NCBI GenBank assembly: GCA_016906335.1
Contig: JADEYG010000012.1
Coordinates: 1 to 64,000 of the forward strand
Origin: Novakomyces olei
Lineage: Eukaryota
Direction of reading: 5' to 3'
DNA length: 64,000 nucleotides
Below are positions 14,715 to 27,252 of this stretch, piece after piece. The notes below the pieces were generated by a model. That model saw nothing but the letters and a program-made list of their open reading frames with translations, was not told the origin of the DNA and made no database searches. Numbering within the stretch: the first letter of the stretch is position 1; every line of letters begins with the position of its first letter. The translations under genes and the position numbers were made by a program.

Positions 14715-17700
14715 TTCTTACACCAGTGCATATAGCAAACAAATAAGAAGGAGGGTGCGTGGAGGTTGTGTTGGTGTATGTTAATATAGGTCAAAGCTTG
14801 ATGGCCAACCTTTAAGGGTTCAGAGGATTGTTTCTCAGTGTGCTAATATATGGCTTGGTGGCAGGATACAAAACGTTCAAATTTTATCTTTTTGAAAAGC
14901 GCACGATGCTCCTTTCCGTTAATGTGTTGTACCATTTGTTTTACATCTTGTCCTCGTTCCAGCAATATTATTTAAATAACAAGTCGAGCCCGTGCCTATA
15001 ATATTCTTATTAATTAGTTTCTAGGGTAAAGTCGGCTACAAAGATTACGAAATAAAATATTCAGTTGCACAAGCGTAGCTAGCAGAACCAATCCGATTTT
15101 TTACGGTATTTGTTTCATTATTTCATTTTCATTAAGATAAAACTGTAGACGTGTCTAAGCGAGTGTGTAGAAGTAGTTCAACGTTAAAATTTCTCTTTTG
15201 AACGTACCATTCATTAATGAGAAATCCCTCGCTTTGCTTGTTCTCGCTATCTTTCCTGTTAGCCTCATCCCCTGATTCCCGGATTCCTGTTGTTTATTAG
15301 CTAATGATGTTTGTATTTTAATTTGTTGCCAACTAGCCCTAACATAGTTCGTAGAAAATATAATATATTTATTTAATTTAAAAACTTTATATAAATATTG
15401 TTAGATTTTGTTAATAGTTAGTTAATGTCTGCTCAATCGCAGATATATAGTTTAGCTAGGGTTTTCTATATCATTGAATAAATAAATGGATAAAGTGAGT
15501 CGATCAGGTTAGTGTATGAGTCCTAAATTCAATATTAGGGACCATATTCCAGCAAATATAATAATATAAAGAATAATTAATAAATATAGGTGTAAGTATA
15601 AAAATAAATGTATGTCCTCTGTCTGTAATATGAAATGATATTTGATATTAGGCAATCAAGTACATCAGTTGGCCATACGATTGTTGTGCCGTGAACTAGC
15701 CAATTTAATGAATTCAAATTTCTCACCAATTTTGTTTCAAATCTTTCTAGTTCGCTATACTAAAATGTCTTTATGGTTTATCATGGTTACAAATGCTAAG
15801 AGCATTTTGAAACAATCTTATATTTCGTTTTCAATCACTTTTACGAATTATTTTTATTGGAATGGCGGAATATTATCAGCTCGCATAAAAATGTGAATAT
15901 TTGAATTAGCCCTTAGTGTACTAGCTACATAATATCTACTGTCTATTGAAGCATGCTTAGCTACGTTGATTTCGTTTTGTCGCTCTATCGGCTACCTCCA
16001 AGGCATTGTTTACAATAAGGCCTTCTTCAGTCAAGAATATTGGTAGAAAAGTGGAGGTAGGACAACTTCAGCACATGATAATAAATAAATCGGGTTACAC
16101 CAAAATGAATTATTCTGTACAGAGTTACAATTGTAAAGTTGTCCATTTATTTAACAATTTCGAGTTGACGATCTGTGAGGAAATTTGTTTCCTTATCCCT
16201 CTCATTTGTTGAGGTATTTATAGGTGTGTGTGAATCAGGAATAAAGAGCATTATTTATGCTTATTTACGACAAGAAACTCTAATGCCACTAGTCTAAAAG
16301 GGAACTTTAATACTGAGCGGCAGCTCGCTATTACATCTCGCCAGGCGGAAAATCTAATTCTGGCAAAAGAAGCGAATGCTATTATTATTGGTCGTCAACA
16401 GAAAGACAGCAAAGGAGGTAAAAAAAACCCCGAGAATCATGTGCGCATAAAGCAAAGTTTAATACAGTAGATCCCCGCTTAAACCCTCCTTTGCGCCAAG
16501 CGATGCATCAACCAACGGTTGCATACGTATTCAGCGGCAGATGAATAATGACCGCCCAACTATGAGACGGCAGCGATTTCTGTGAAACTTTTCGAGACAT
16601 CCGTAACATATGGATGGCGTGTACATGCATAATGTATAAATAACGAATACATATACGTTTAATGTTGATGTCTGAAATACTTTGGTAGCAAACACTAAAT
16701 AGGAGTTCTCGCACAACTATGAAGTTTTAAACTCGAATTCTATGCCCCTCCTAACGACTTTCAGGGCCCTTCTCAGCCTACAATGTAAAGCGCTGATCGA
16801 AACGGCCTCCTCATATTTGCTCGCACTACGAGTCAATCCCTCGGCCTTTGCTATCCAGGAGGAGGTTTATTTAGTATTTCATAGAATCGCTGCTCAACAT
16901 TACTTGATATATATTACTTTATGAAATTGCTTTAAACCTTGATAACATTATCGTTTTGAATTGCCGAGCGTTGCTATTAATATACTTGGGGCAGCGGTAA
17001 ACCTCGATTCGCGCAACGCACGAGTGTGAAAGGGGAAAAAGATGCACGCGTCAACGCGCCAAGCCACACCAGTTTGCGCCTAGACAAGTCTGTCAGCATC
17101 CTGTTGCTAGGCACGAATTTCTGGGTAATTCTCACACTATATTCGGCTCCATGCTTATGTAAAGTTACAAATTTGTCGAGCATAGACCAACTGCTATGCT
17201 TTGTCATCTGCCCGAGCTAAGAGCACAGTTGCATATATAATCAGTACCAACCCTAATTATTTCAATGATGCGATCAAGTCGTATGTAACCAATCAATCAT
17301 GAATGTGAATAAATTAGTCTTGTAAATAATATGTCAATATGGCAAAGCTGGGGGCCGGAGGCCCTTCTACTAGACCCGAATATAAACAACAAAGTGCTTT
17401 TAGGCACGCAACATGTACGCCCATTGGGTAGACATCATGTCGGTATACAGCGATCATGCCTGATTGAACAACCGTTTGAAATCTTACGGGCAGACGCTTA
17501 CTTTGAGCACACATATGAGCAACGTTTATATACTTATTTTTGTACTTGTATAATTTGTGCACCATAATCCGTTGCCAGGCACTAATGTCTCCATGCACAC
17601 CAAAAATAGAAACGTGACTACCGCCGTGCCACGTTCCGTAAAAACTATATACTCTTCCGTTCGATTGTATTCCTGAATAATTCCGCCTTAAAAGCCTCTT

Positions 17701-17794
17701 CCACCCACTCTTTTCCCCCCTCTCTCTCACCTCAACTTTGTGGCCAGTCTGCCTTCCTTCCTTCCTTTCAGTTCGTTCATTCAGACTTGATAAA

Positions 17795-19063
17795 ATGTTC
17801 TCGCGTGTTGCGCTGCTCGCAGTGGCTGCAGCATTGCCCCTTGCTTCCGCTCAGAATGGCTGCTCGAACAGTAACGGGTTCACAATCAACTCTCAGTCTG
17901 ACTTGGACCAATTGTCCTCCTGCAGTGCGGTTAATGGAGCAGTGCGTGTTATGGGCACTTCAGCAGACACACTGTCTCTGAACAACATTCAGAGCATTGA
18001 TGGTGACTTGGAGGTATCGTCAAATTTCTTTTTGACGTCTCTTGCTCTCCCGTCGCTTGTTAATGTCACGGGACAGTTCTATATCTTCAACAATACCCGG
18101 CTCAATAACTTTGCTGCCCCATCTCTGTCGTCTGTCGGCGATTTGACGCTTAGTGTGCTCCCTAATTTGCAACAATTGCAGTTCAATGCTCACTTGAACT
18201 CATCGCGTACAATCACCGTAACGGACACTCAACTGTCCTCCATTGATGGTATTAACGGCCTTTACACTGTGCAGTCTGTCTCAATCACCAATAACAACTA
18301 CATTCAGAATGTCTCTATGCCGTCTTTACAGGCAGTAGATGGTGCTGTCAATATCAACTTCAACGCTGCCGGTGTTGATGTGCATTTCCCACGGCTGCAG
18401 TCCGCCGGAAATATCTCTTTCCAGGACATTGGCTCTCTCGATGTTTCTTCTCTGCGCAATATCTCTGGATCTTTTGGTATCAGCCAAAACACTCTCAGCC
18501 GTATCTCGGCTCCACGCGTGCAGACGATCACGAACTCTCTGTCCATTGTAAACAACTCGGACTTGTCTGGCGTCTCTTTTCCCGCTCTTGAAACTATCGG
18601 CGGTGGGTTCGTTATCGCAAATAACTCTGAGCTCGAGTTTATTAACGGCTTCTCGTCGCTTGACGAAGTGGGTGGCGCTGTTGACTTTACGGGAGAATTC
18701 TCCTCTGTCTCTCTGCCCCATCTCCGTGACGTTCGCGGTGGTCTCAATATGCAGACTACTGCACGCAACTTTACTTGCCCATTAAGAGCCAACAGTGGTG
18801 TTGTAAAGGGCCATGGCTTCGTTTGCGAGTCCACTGCCCGTCCAATTCGTGGTGTAAACGGCACCAATACCTCTGATAGCAACTCTGGACACCACAGCAG
18901 CACTTCTTCTTCTTCTGGCGGATCCTCTGGAACCGGCACTGCTACTGGTAGCTCAGCTTCTTCCACTCAGTCTTCAGCCGCTATGGCCCTTTCTGTTCTC
19001 CAGTCGGGCTCAGTATTTGCCGGCCTGGGCGCTGTTGCCGCATCTTTCCTCGCATTTTTGTAA
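17795..19063 (+). CDS. ECM33: GPI-anchored cell-wall protein, Ecm33/Sps2 family
   Basis: Signal peptide, receptor-L-like repeats, VGGAVDFTGEF...LRDVRGGLNMQT, Ser/Thr-rich tail and hydrophobic GPI signal. Confidence 0.9.
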   Translation: MFSRVALLAVAAALPLASAQNGCSNSNGFTINSQSDLDQLSSCSAVNGAVRVMGTSADTLSLNNIQSIDGDLEVSSNFFLTSLALPSLVNVTGQFYIFNNTRLNNFAAPSLSSVGDLTLSVLPNLQQLQFNAHLNSSRTITVTDTQLSSIDGINGLYTVQSVSITNNNYIQNVSMPSLQAVDGAVNINFNAAGVDVHFPRLQSAGNISFQDIGSLDVSSLRNISGSFGISQNTLSRISAPRVQTITNSLSIVNNSDLSGVSFPALETIGGGFVIANNSELEFINGFSSLDEVGGAVDFTGEFSSVSLPHLRDVRGGLNMQTTARNFTCPLRANSGVVKGHGFVCESTARPIRGVNGTNTSDSNSGHHSSTSSSSGGSSGTGTATGSSASSTQSSAAMALSVLQSGSVFAGLGAVAASFLAFL

Positions 19064-20358
19064 AATGCAGTTTTTTAGCGTAAGAGTATCGGTGACTGAA
19101 CGAGGATGAAGGTTCTGGCGGGGTTGGTTTTTATTTATAATTTACAGTTTTATCTTGTAATATTTCGTTTTACGCATATGGTTTTGTTCCTATCCTTATC
19201 TCAAACATATCATATTTATCTTTGCGTGGGACATGAACGCATGAATTACGATGAATGAGATCTTCTATTATCGATGATTTGCGCGTTGCTCCACACATTT
19301 ATAATTTACGATAGGCTTTTCCGCATTTTCTATTTTATTTTATTTTTTATTCAAATATCCATTTGCCGTACGAAGATTTCGCTGGGCTTTTTCTCACGGT
19401 TTTGTTTTAATTTATAATCAACCTTTGCTATTGCTTTTGAAAGGTGCTGCGCCACATTTCGCGTTTAAAGCTTTCATAACAACAGAGGTTTGTCGCACTT
19501 TGACTATGAATGTTATGGAATTGCGGTTGAAAAGAAGACAAAGAATAAAAAAAAATTCAGCTTGTGTTTGAAATTACTCATGTGGGTCGATGCGATCAAT
19601 TGCGGTCAATATAATTGTTTTCTACGCATACAAAAATGGCGCCAAAAGAGTATCATTTAATCGTTTTCTTTTTGCTGCAGAGCAGTGAGATGTTTGTATA
19701 ATTCTGGATATATGTTCGGGATTCGAGGTGATGATCAGGGTCTAGAGTTTATGGATGTCGTGCAAATTGTTAGGCTGTTGTTGGACAAATTTGGCACGTC
19801 ATTAGATATCTGGAAGGGGCATGGCGAAGCCGGGACAATTGCATTTTGCCTGTTGTCACGATATAATCGTGTTGAGCTATACGCGAGTAATAATAGTATA
19901 GGTTTTAATCTAATAGTATTAATAATAGTATCATTATGAATCGTTTTTTAATAGTTTAGATGTTTTGCAGCACTTACTCTGTAGGGCAAGTATCAGAAAA
20001 ATGACCATCAGAAACAAAAACACCAATCGGTCTCGCTAGAACTTTGGGCTTTGTACCATTGGTACATTAATCTACCTCGGGACTATTTGCACGCGTAAAC
20101 AGCATTATATGTAATTAGTACAAAGTATATTAAAGAGCTAAAAGGGGAGGTACCTCGCAAGCCGACAGAATCCTGAATTGAATATATATAGTAAATATGT
20201 CGGCAGTATCGTTGGCAGCAACGCGCGATAATAGGGGCAATAAAATAAGGGTTTTTTTTATAACATCCTTGTGCGACATTAGTATATTTGCATTATGGAT
20301 AGAATGACGTTACGAGATTAAGTCCAGGTCTCCAGGGCTACGGCAGACACACTGGCAA

Positions 20359-21610
20359 CATGGTCCATCATACGCGCTCTGGAGTAGTTGGGTTGAATCA
20401 GCATCGGCCATTGACACAGATCCTTCCAATGTAAGACTAGTTAGGAGAAGTACTGACGTCAAAAGAGTTCGACGGAGTAGTGGTAATGGATCGGCTCCAG
20501 TGAAACGTGCTCGCAAGTCAAAGAGCAATGCCAAAGGCAAAAGTGCTGATGGATCCACTGAAGTTTTCACTAGCACAATCATTAAGCCTGCTGAAACTGA
20601 CGCTGATGCTGATGAAAGCGCTCATTCGTATGTATAAGCATTTCCTGACGATGCTTTCCTTGATTTCCTTACGTGTTGTCCTCTCTCTTTTGAGTTGTTT
20701 ATGGGACGGCATCCAATCGTTTTTACCGCCCTTTTTATGAGTCCTCGATTGTGCTTTTTTATTTTTTCACATCCTGTTGTATTCTTATATCCAATGTTCC
20801 AGGTGAACTAATATTTCTAGCGAAAGTGTGAAGGAGGTTGTCCTCGCCCATGCAATCGAGCACTTGACTTCTGTGGATAAAAGATTTGCATTTCTTCACA
20901 AACGGTTCCCTTGCAAAGTATTTGACAGAGACGTACATTTATCGGATACAGAATTAGATTATGAGGCCTTTCGATCTTTGTGTCTTTCGATATTGAGCCA
21001 GCAAGTTTCTGGTGCGGCCGCTCGATCAATTTCTGCCAAGTTTATTGCTTTATTTTCCGGCTCAGACAGCGAATCAAAGGCCCGTGATTTGCCCGCAAAG
21101 AATTTCGCTAAAAGTGAACCTGCCGTTGGAACAGTTTCGGCTCCAGCTACGGAATCCTTAGCTCCAGTTTTCCCTACGCCAGAGCAAGTAGCGGCGTCCG
21201 ATGTGGAAACTCTGAGAACCGCTGGCTTAAGTGGCCGCAAGGCTGAGTATATAAAGGGCTTGGCAGATGCCTTCTTAAACGGCCAAATTACACCAGGACT
21301 ACTTTCTGGAGCCCAGGATAATACTGTGAGGGAGCATCTCGTTACCTTGCGTGGCATTGGCCCATGGACAGCGGATATGTTTTTGCTTTTTACGCTTCGA
21401 CGCGGTGATATTCTCCCTGTCGGTGATTTGGGAGTACAGAGAGGAATGGCTATTTTTGATGGCCGAAATGCTAAGTCGGAAAAGGGCCGATATCTCTCGG
21501 AGGCTGATATGGAGGCCATTGCAAAGCCCTGGAGACCTTATCGGTCAGTTGCATCTTGGTACATGTGGCGAGTCGAACAGGGCATGAGTTTTGAAGAGGA
21601 TGAAGAATGA
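20359..21610 (+). CDS. MAG1: DNA-3-methyladenine glycosylase (AlkA/HhH-GPD family); start codon uncertain, intron ~20627-20820
   Basis: SILSQQVSGAAA, GLSGRKAEYI, LRGIGPWTADM, LPVGDLGVQRG, WRPYRSVASWYMW. Confidence 0.9.
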
Positions 21611-21999
21611 TCATGGAGCAAAAATGCCTTATAAATGGTGTAAAAATAGATATCAAAACGCTTCTCTGTACATGCTGTTACAAATAAATACGCTTGGGGT
21701 AGCGAATGAAAAGACAGATATAGGCTAATAAACGCCTTTTGAGGTTGGGTCATTGTACATACATAGTGAGATTTAGTGTGTGTAGATGATATTTTTTGCT
21801 ATCGAGACGTTTACAAACGGGCCAATTCAGCGTAAAATCAAACCAGTATACACACGGCAAACCAATGTGAAAAGGAACCCTGTCTATAGCAAATAACATA
21901 TTTCAATACTCATATTCAATGATTTTTCCATACTTTTGACGCTAAATTTACTCCATTAAACTTGCGTGCCGCCGGAAGATTTTAAAAGAGTATGAAGGC

Positions 22000-22430
22000 T
22001 TAGTGGTGCTGCGGCTTAACAGCAAGAGTATCAAACGCCTCACGCTCCTCTTCAATCGCCTGAAGCTCATCCACAATCGGCGTAAGGTAGCGCACATCAT
22101 CCTCCGGCTTAGTCCATTGCTCGCGCGGCAGAAGGTGATGGCTCAAAGAGCATTGGTGAGCCACTTTGATCCGATAAACACGGTCGTATGATTCACGGGC
22201 GGAAAGCCGGGTCAAAGCTTTCTGCATTATGGGGTTTTCTTCCACTAGCAGATCATCGTACCTACGGATTAAGGTCAGCAATTGAGGGAGCCATAGATCA
22301 AGCAAACATACTTGAGACCAATTTTACGGTAACCGGCGAGATTAACATATGTGTTTCCGAGTCGGCGGATCACTGAGGCAGTACGCGGCCAGTGCTTGAG
22401 CAAATACGGAGCAAAGCTGTAAGAAGACAT
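22000..22430 (-). CDS. QCR7: Cytochrome bc1 complex subunit 7 (one intron)
   Basis: YVNLAGYRKIGLK|YDDLLVEENPIMQKALTRL...YDRVYRI...LLPREQWTKPEDDVRYL. Confidence 0.95.
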
Positions 22431-23210
22431 CGCAAATGCCTCAATGCCCGTTTAATCGTAAAGCTGTACAGCGGTGTATTTTTCTCTTTTTATTCCTCTC
22501 CTTCCGGTTGGCCATCGACCAGAAAAAACCCTGTACTGCCACAGTATGACTTGCATTACATAAAAAGCAACCAGTCAAATTGAACAATATTTAAAAGTAT
22601 TAAATTATTATTTAATCAGCCATGCATTCCCTGTACAGTAGTAGAAGTGTGACATTTTCTGCATTTTATTGATAAATTATATGTCATACGGAGGGAGAAC
22701 GGCACTATCCCAGGAACGGCTTTTGTGAGGGAACGCTGAAAAGTTGCCAAGGCTTCAGGCAGTCACGTGCGCGTTCACAGCTAGAAGCTGTGTACGGCAT
22801 CCTGTGGCGCGCGTAACTGCCGCGGCCGCGTTCGCCCTCCTTACTACGCAATTGCCGCGCCGACAGGCGGTTTTTACGGGACTGATTATAGCTCAAACTC
22901 CTTACTCAAACGGTCGACCGCTTTAGTGTTTTAACGAGACGCGTTCTTGCTCGAGCTGGTTCAGGGCGTACATTTATTTTGCATCTGCATTTGGCATCCA
23001 GATTATCGGCCGCGGAATTCAGCGGAAAGCGTTCCGCTAGTGTACAGATTTATAAGCGCTCTGGACTCCGCCAATTGTTGGGACGAGACAGTCTTCTTTA
23101 GCCAGCCTTTACAGGACGCACTCTGACTTCAAATATTGTTCATAAATTAAGGGAACTGTTTCCTGAGTCGGTGGGGACTTGTTTCCCCTAACGTTTCCCT
23201 TCTATTCAGC

Positions 23211-24420
23211 ATGTCTATGCACAGTCATGTTGTGGCATCCGTTTCAGATCAGGTTGTATATTCTCTGTCTGACTCTGTTATAAATGCCGCTTCTGGTGCT
23301 TTTGCCGGTCTTGTGTCCAGCTTTTTTGTTGCACCTCTCGACGTGGTCAAAACAAGGCTACAGGCGCAACGCCGCAACAAGCCGTCTATGATATCCGTCT
23401 CCAATCCGCCGGCCTCCGGCATAACATCCTCGTCCGTGATACCCCCTGCCCACAGTTCCCACCTATACAGGGGCCTGGTCGGTAAGTTACCTAGATGCAG
23501 TGCCATATCACTGTTCTTTATCAATTTTATTATTTAGTCTGTAAACTATACATTCTTATTTTATTTTATTTTATTTTACATACGCGTCATTTGATTTTTT
23601 TTTTTTTTTGATTTCCTTTTTTGCTTTTGACTAATCTCAAGGTTCTCTTAGACGTATATGGAACGAAGAGGGCGTGCGAGGGCTGTACCGTGGACTAGGC
23701 CCTATGGCGATCGGATACCTGCCAACTTGGGCTATTTATTTTACAATATACGAACGGTGCAAAAGTATTGGGAGCCGCACACCTAGTTTCCAGGGTCATG
23801 CGTGGGCAGTTCACACACTTTCCGCAATGGCCGCTGGATTAACATCAACCTGCGTTACTAATCCAATTTGGGTAGTGAAAACGCGTATGATGACACAATA
23901 TGCTCACAAAACGTACAATTATCGAAGCACGCCGGAAGCGTTCCGCACTATTTATGCACATGAAGGTTTACGCGCCTTTTATCGTGGTCTGGGCCCAAGC
24001 ATGTTTGGCATATTGCATGTTGCTATTCAGTTTCCGCTGTATGAGAGACTGAAACCAATCATGAGTCCCAGTAATGATGCAGAGAGGATAAAATGGCCAG
24101 GAATTTTGGCTGCCTCTTCTATATCCAAAATGATTGCGTCCTCTCTAACGTACCCGCATGAAGTTGTGCGTACTCGGTTACAGAACAATCCGGTTTATAG
24201 AGCTTCACATTTGCGCACTCCCCGCCAGAGCTTGTGGCAGGTTTGCCGCAGCATCTATCATGAAGAGGGCTGGGGAGCGTTTTACGCTGGTATGGGCACG
24301 AATTTAATTAGAACAGTGCCCGCCAGCGCTATAACTTTGCTTACGTTTGAAGTGGTAAGCAAGCGATTGTTCACAATAAAGTTGCGGGAAAGCGGTCGGC
24401 GCGCCAGCGGTGGGCAATGA
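23211..24420 (+). CDS. Mitochondrial carrier, NAD+ transporter-like (Ndt1/Yia6 type), one intron
   Basis: Three PxD/ExxKxR signatures (PLDVVKTRLQ, NPIWVVKTRM, YPHEVVRTRLQ) and GYLPTWAIYF. Confidence 0.88.
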
Positions 24421-24866
24421 AGTGTATTTTTACTGGCGAAATATATCATATACACTATTTTATTGTTTTAGAATGCAATAGAGTTTTTGCAAAAGTTGCA
24501 TTTGCAAGAGTTGCAGTTGGATTTAGGCCAAAGTATTGTATATAGGCTTTTTTTTTTTGAAAAAAAAAAGTTTTAAATGCACCACTGACCTGAGTGTCTT
24601 AGATGAAATGATGTGAATGGATAGTCTGAGCATGCTTATGTTTCATATGCGCTTAATATAGCCTATGAAGCTTTAGACTGGTTTTCGTGGATTCATTAAA
24701 ACTATTCCCTAAATGACTTTTGGCGTTCTTGAGATTAGAGCATGATTGAATAAGTATGGGCTTTGATAATCCGTTGGTGGTATTTTAAAACGGCATTTAT
24801 AAATATACTCTATATGCTTTTGACCATACATCTAGGACGTAAATAATCCTATGCTAGGCATGAACA

Positions 24867-25214
24867 TTATTCATTATCAGACCGAACTTTTGTCAACTTG
24901 ATGTCTGCTGGTGTTTGAACATGTTGAAGCCGCCTTTCCTCCGCTGCTGCCTTTGCCTCTTTAACAGTGGTACGAGTATAGACTGTGAAAAGCTGGTAAG
25001 AAAAGCAAATATTTACAAGAATTGTCTTCTGCGACTTACTATAGCCCATAATTGATGCTGCTGTAGCGGCAAAAGCCATGATCGATACTGCTCAATTAGC
25101 CAATCTCTCTCAGAGCGGCCTATTACCTCGTTGCCACATGGGACGCGTTGAGCGCAGGGAACTCGTGGCTCCCGAGCCCGGAAGGTTACTGGGACCAGGC
25201 TTTGTCTTGACCAT
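24867..25214 (-). CDS. Small (~83 aa) single-TM hypothetical protein, 3 exons (25214-25127, 25087-25040, 24982-24867)
   Basis: Two GT-AG introns give an open frame MVKTKPGP...WQRVSIMAFAATAASIMGYIYTRTTVKEAKAAAEERR. Confidence 0.6.
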
Positions 25215-25670
25215 AATGACTGCCCCGATTCGAAAAGATCCTGCCTTGACTATATAATTCAACCGTGTGATGTCATGTAGGTCGTGACATAGTGCTCATA
25301 CTAAGGGCCCTAATATGCGGACGGGTACCGTCCATTTTAGTGACCTACAAGTAAACAGTTCCAAGAGAGCGGTGCTCCGGTGAATTAACCCTAACCCTAC
25401 TCCTAAACCACGAGAAAAGATGTCCCCAGCGCTGATCAAAATACAAACTTGAGGATCTTTAAAGGTTCCATAATTCCAAATCTTTGGCGCCCATGCCGGT
25501 GCTCAAAGGCCGGCCAATATGATTTTATTATCATGGACATCTTCAATGGTATTTCCTACTTGAATCAACGGGTACTCATCGTACCCATCGTCCCCCTAAT
25601 GCGCTAATATTATATCAGGAATATTTAAATATATGAATGAACCGTGGCAATACTTAACATCTGCGTGTGT

Positions 25671-26798
25671 TCAGTCTCTTTTTATGAACGGAGCTATGAC
25701 GGCCGTTTCGTACTTGTACGCACGAAAAAGCGCATTACTTTCACCCTTGAATGTATCGGAGACTCGCTGATCGGAAGGGTAATTGCTTCTATAAGGATTC
25801 ACGTATTCCCATACGACCTGTCCGTTTGTTGTAACTTCAAATATACGACCAAATGCGCTTTCGCATACAAGTGTGTTCCCATTTGGCAGACGCTGTGCGC
25901 TGCCCATAAAGGGCGTAAAAAAGGCTTCTGGCTGTTTGTCCCGGTATGACCATACAACTTGTTGAGATTCACGATCGACTTCAATTACTCTCGAGAACTG
26001 AACGCTTTCGCCTTCACGAAACGCACCATTGTCAAAAATGAGGATGTTGCCGTTCTCCAATTCCTGTGCATTGTGTTGCTGGGCAACAACACTAGAATCC
26101 AGGTGCCATAAAATGTTTCCTGTGCTTCGTTCGATAATGATCACAGCGGAAACACTACGGAGGCTGGCCAGAATATTTCCGTCGCGCAACGGCCAGACAC
26201 TGTTTATCAAAGGCCAATGCTCGCGTCGATAGTGTGCTTGCAAGGGAAATCTGTCACGAGGCAATTTTTCTGCTGCCCTCCACTCCCAATTTACGCGTCC
26301 CTGCTCGTCTACCTCTTTAATTACGTCAGCATAAACGACGTCATTATAAGCTTCCGTTCCAGAGACACCGCCACGTACAGTTGCAGCAGATTCTCCCGTG
26401 AGAGGCTCTAGCGTCGTATAAAGCAAGCTACCATCGCCGTAATGGTGGCAATCGTGATGTCCAAGAGGATCAGAGTGTTGATGTGTAACGCGGCCAGTCG
26501 CGTCCACTTGCAAGTACAATCCACCGCGATATTTCTCCCAAAAGCCGAATAATGCTGGCGATTCATTGTCCGGCAGGACCCCATTGAACGCAAGATTGCC
26601 ATTCGGTAAAATGCGTGCGTGCCTGCCCACTCGGTTGCCAAAATCCCACTCGTGTACCTTTTTACCCTTATTGTTGATAAGGTAAACTTTGCTGCCAGCC
26701 AAGGGGGCCACTAGTGTAGCTCCAGGCAATACTTTATCATCGTCACTATCAACAAGTCCGGTGATTCGGCCACGGAAAACTGTATTTTGCTCGATCAT
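25671..26798 (-). CDS. Arylsulfotransferase (ASST)-like beta-propeller protein, intronless
   Basis: GHHD, HWPLINSV, GNILASLR, QQHNAQELENGNILIFDNG, FSRVIEVD, GSAQRLPNGNTLVCE, VWEYVNP. Confidence 0.85.
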   Translation of the reverse strand: MIEQNTVFRGRITGLVDSDDDKVLPGATLVAPLAGSKVYLINNKGKKVHEWDFGNRVGRHARILPNGNLAFNGVLPDNESPALFGFWEKYRGGLYLQVDATGRVTHQHSDPLGHHDCHHYGDGSLLYTTLEPLTGESAATVRGGVSGTEAYNDVVYADVIKEVDEQGRVNWEWRAAEKLPRDRFPLQAHYRREHWPLINSVWPLRDGNILASLRSVSAVIIIERSTGNILWHLDSSVVAQQHNAQELENGNILIFDNGAFREGESVQFSRVIEVDRESQQVVWSYRDKQPEAFFTPFMGSAQRLPNGNTLVCESAFGRIFEVTTNGQVVWEYVNPYRSNYPSDQRVSDTFKGESNALFRAYKYETAVIAPFIKRD

Positions 26799-27252
26799 TA
26801 GATGCTTTGCCGTAGTAATATTGCTTTTCAGTTTCAGTGCTTTATCGCATCTTTACCCTACTCGTTGCCGATTTTTATATGGAGGTTAATCTACAATACT
26901 ATATGGGGTCTTCCCCGATAATACTTATCAACCAATGAGAAACGCCCAGACATCGGTAAGTGCGCGGCGGTTTTTATGCCAACAGCCAATGATAATCAAG
27001 GATATGGCGGGTACTGCGCGGAGCGCGGCAGCGTGGGAGCGATGATAATGCAATTTTGACACAATTGCCGCCAGTCGCGTGCGATGATGATACGACGAGC
27101 ACAGTGTAGCGCGGCGATGGCGTTTTCAGTACAGTGCTCTCGAATGGCGCATATAAAAAGAGTCGCAGGTTCCAGCGATTGCTAGAGCGAGTGTGGGCTG
27201 CGACGGGATATTGAATTTGAAAAGCGCGTAAAGCAGCGGAAACGAAGCGACG

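Noticed and set aside
18304-21519. Long antisense ORFs over ECM33 and MAG1
   Set aside because: Shadows of codon-biased sense genes.
25386-25409. TAACCCTAACCCTA telomere-like seed
   Set aside because: Only about two perfect units, too short to call an interstitial telomere.
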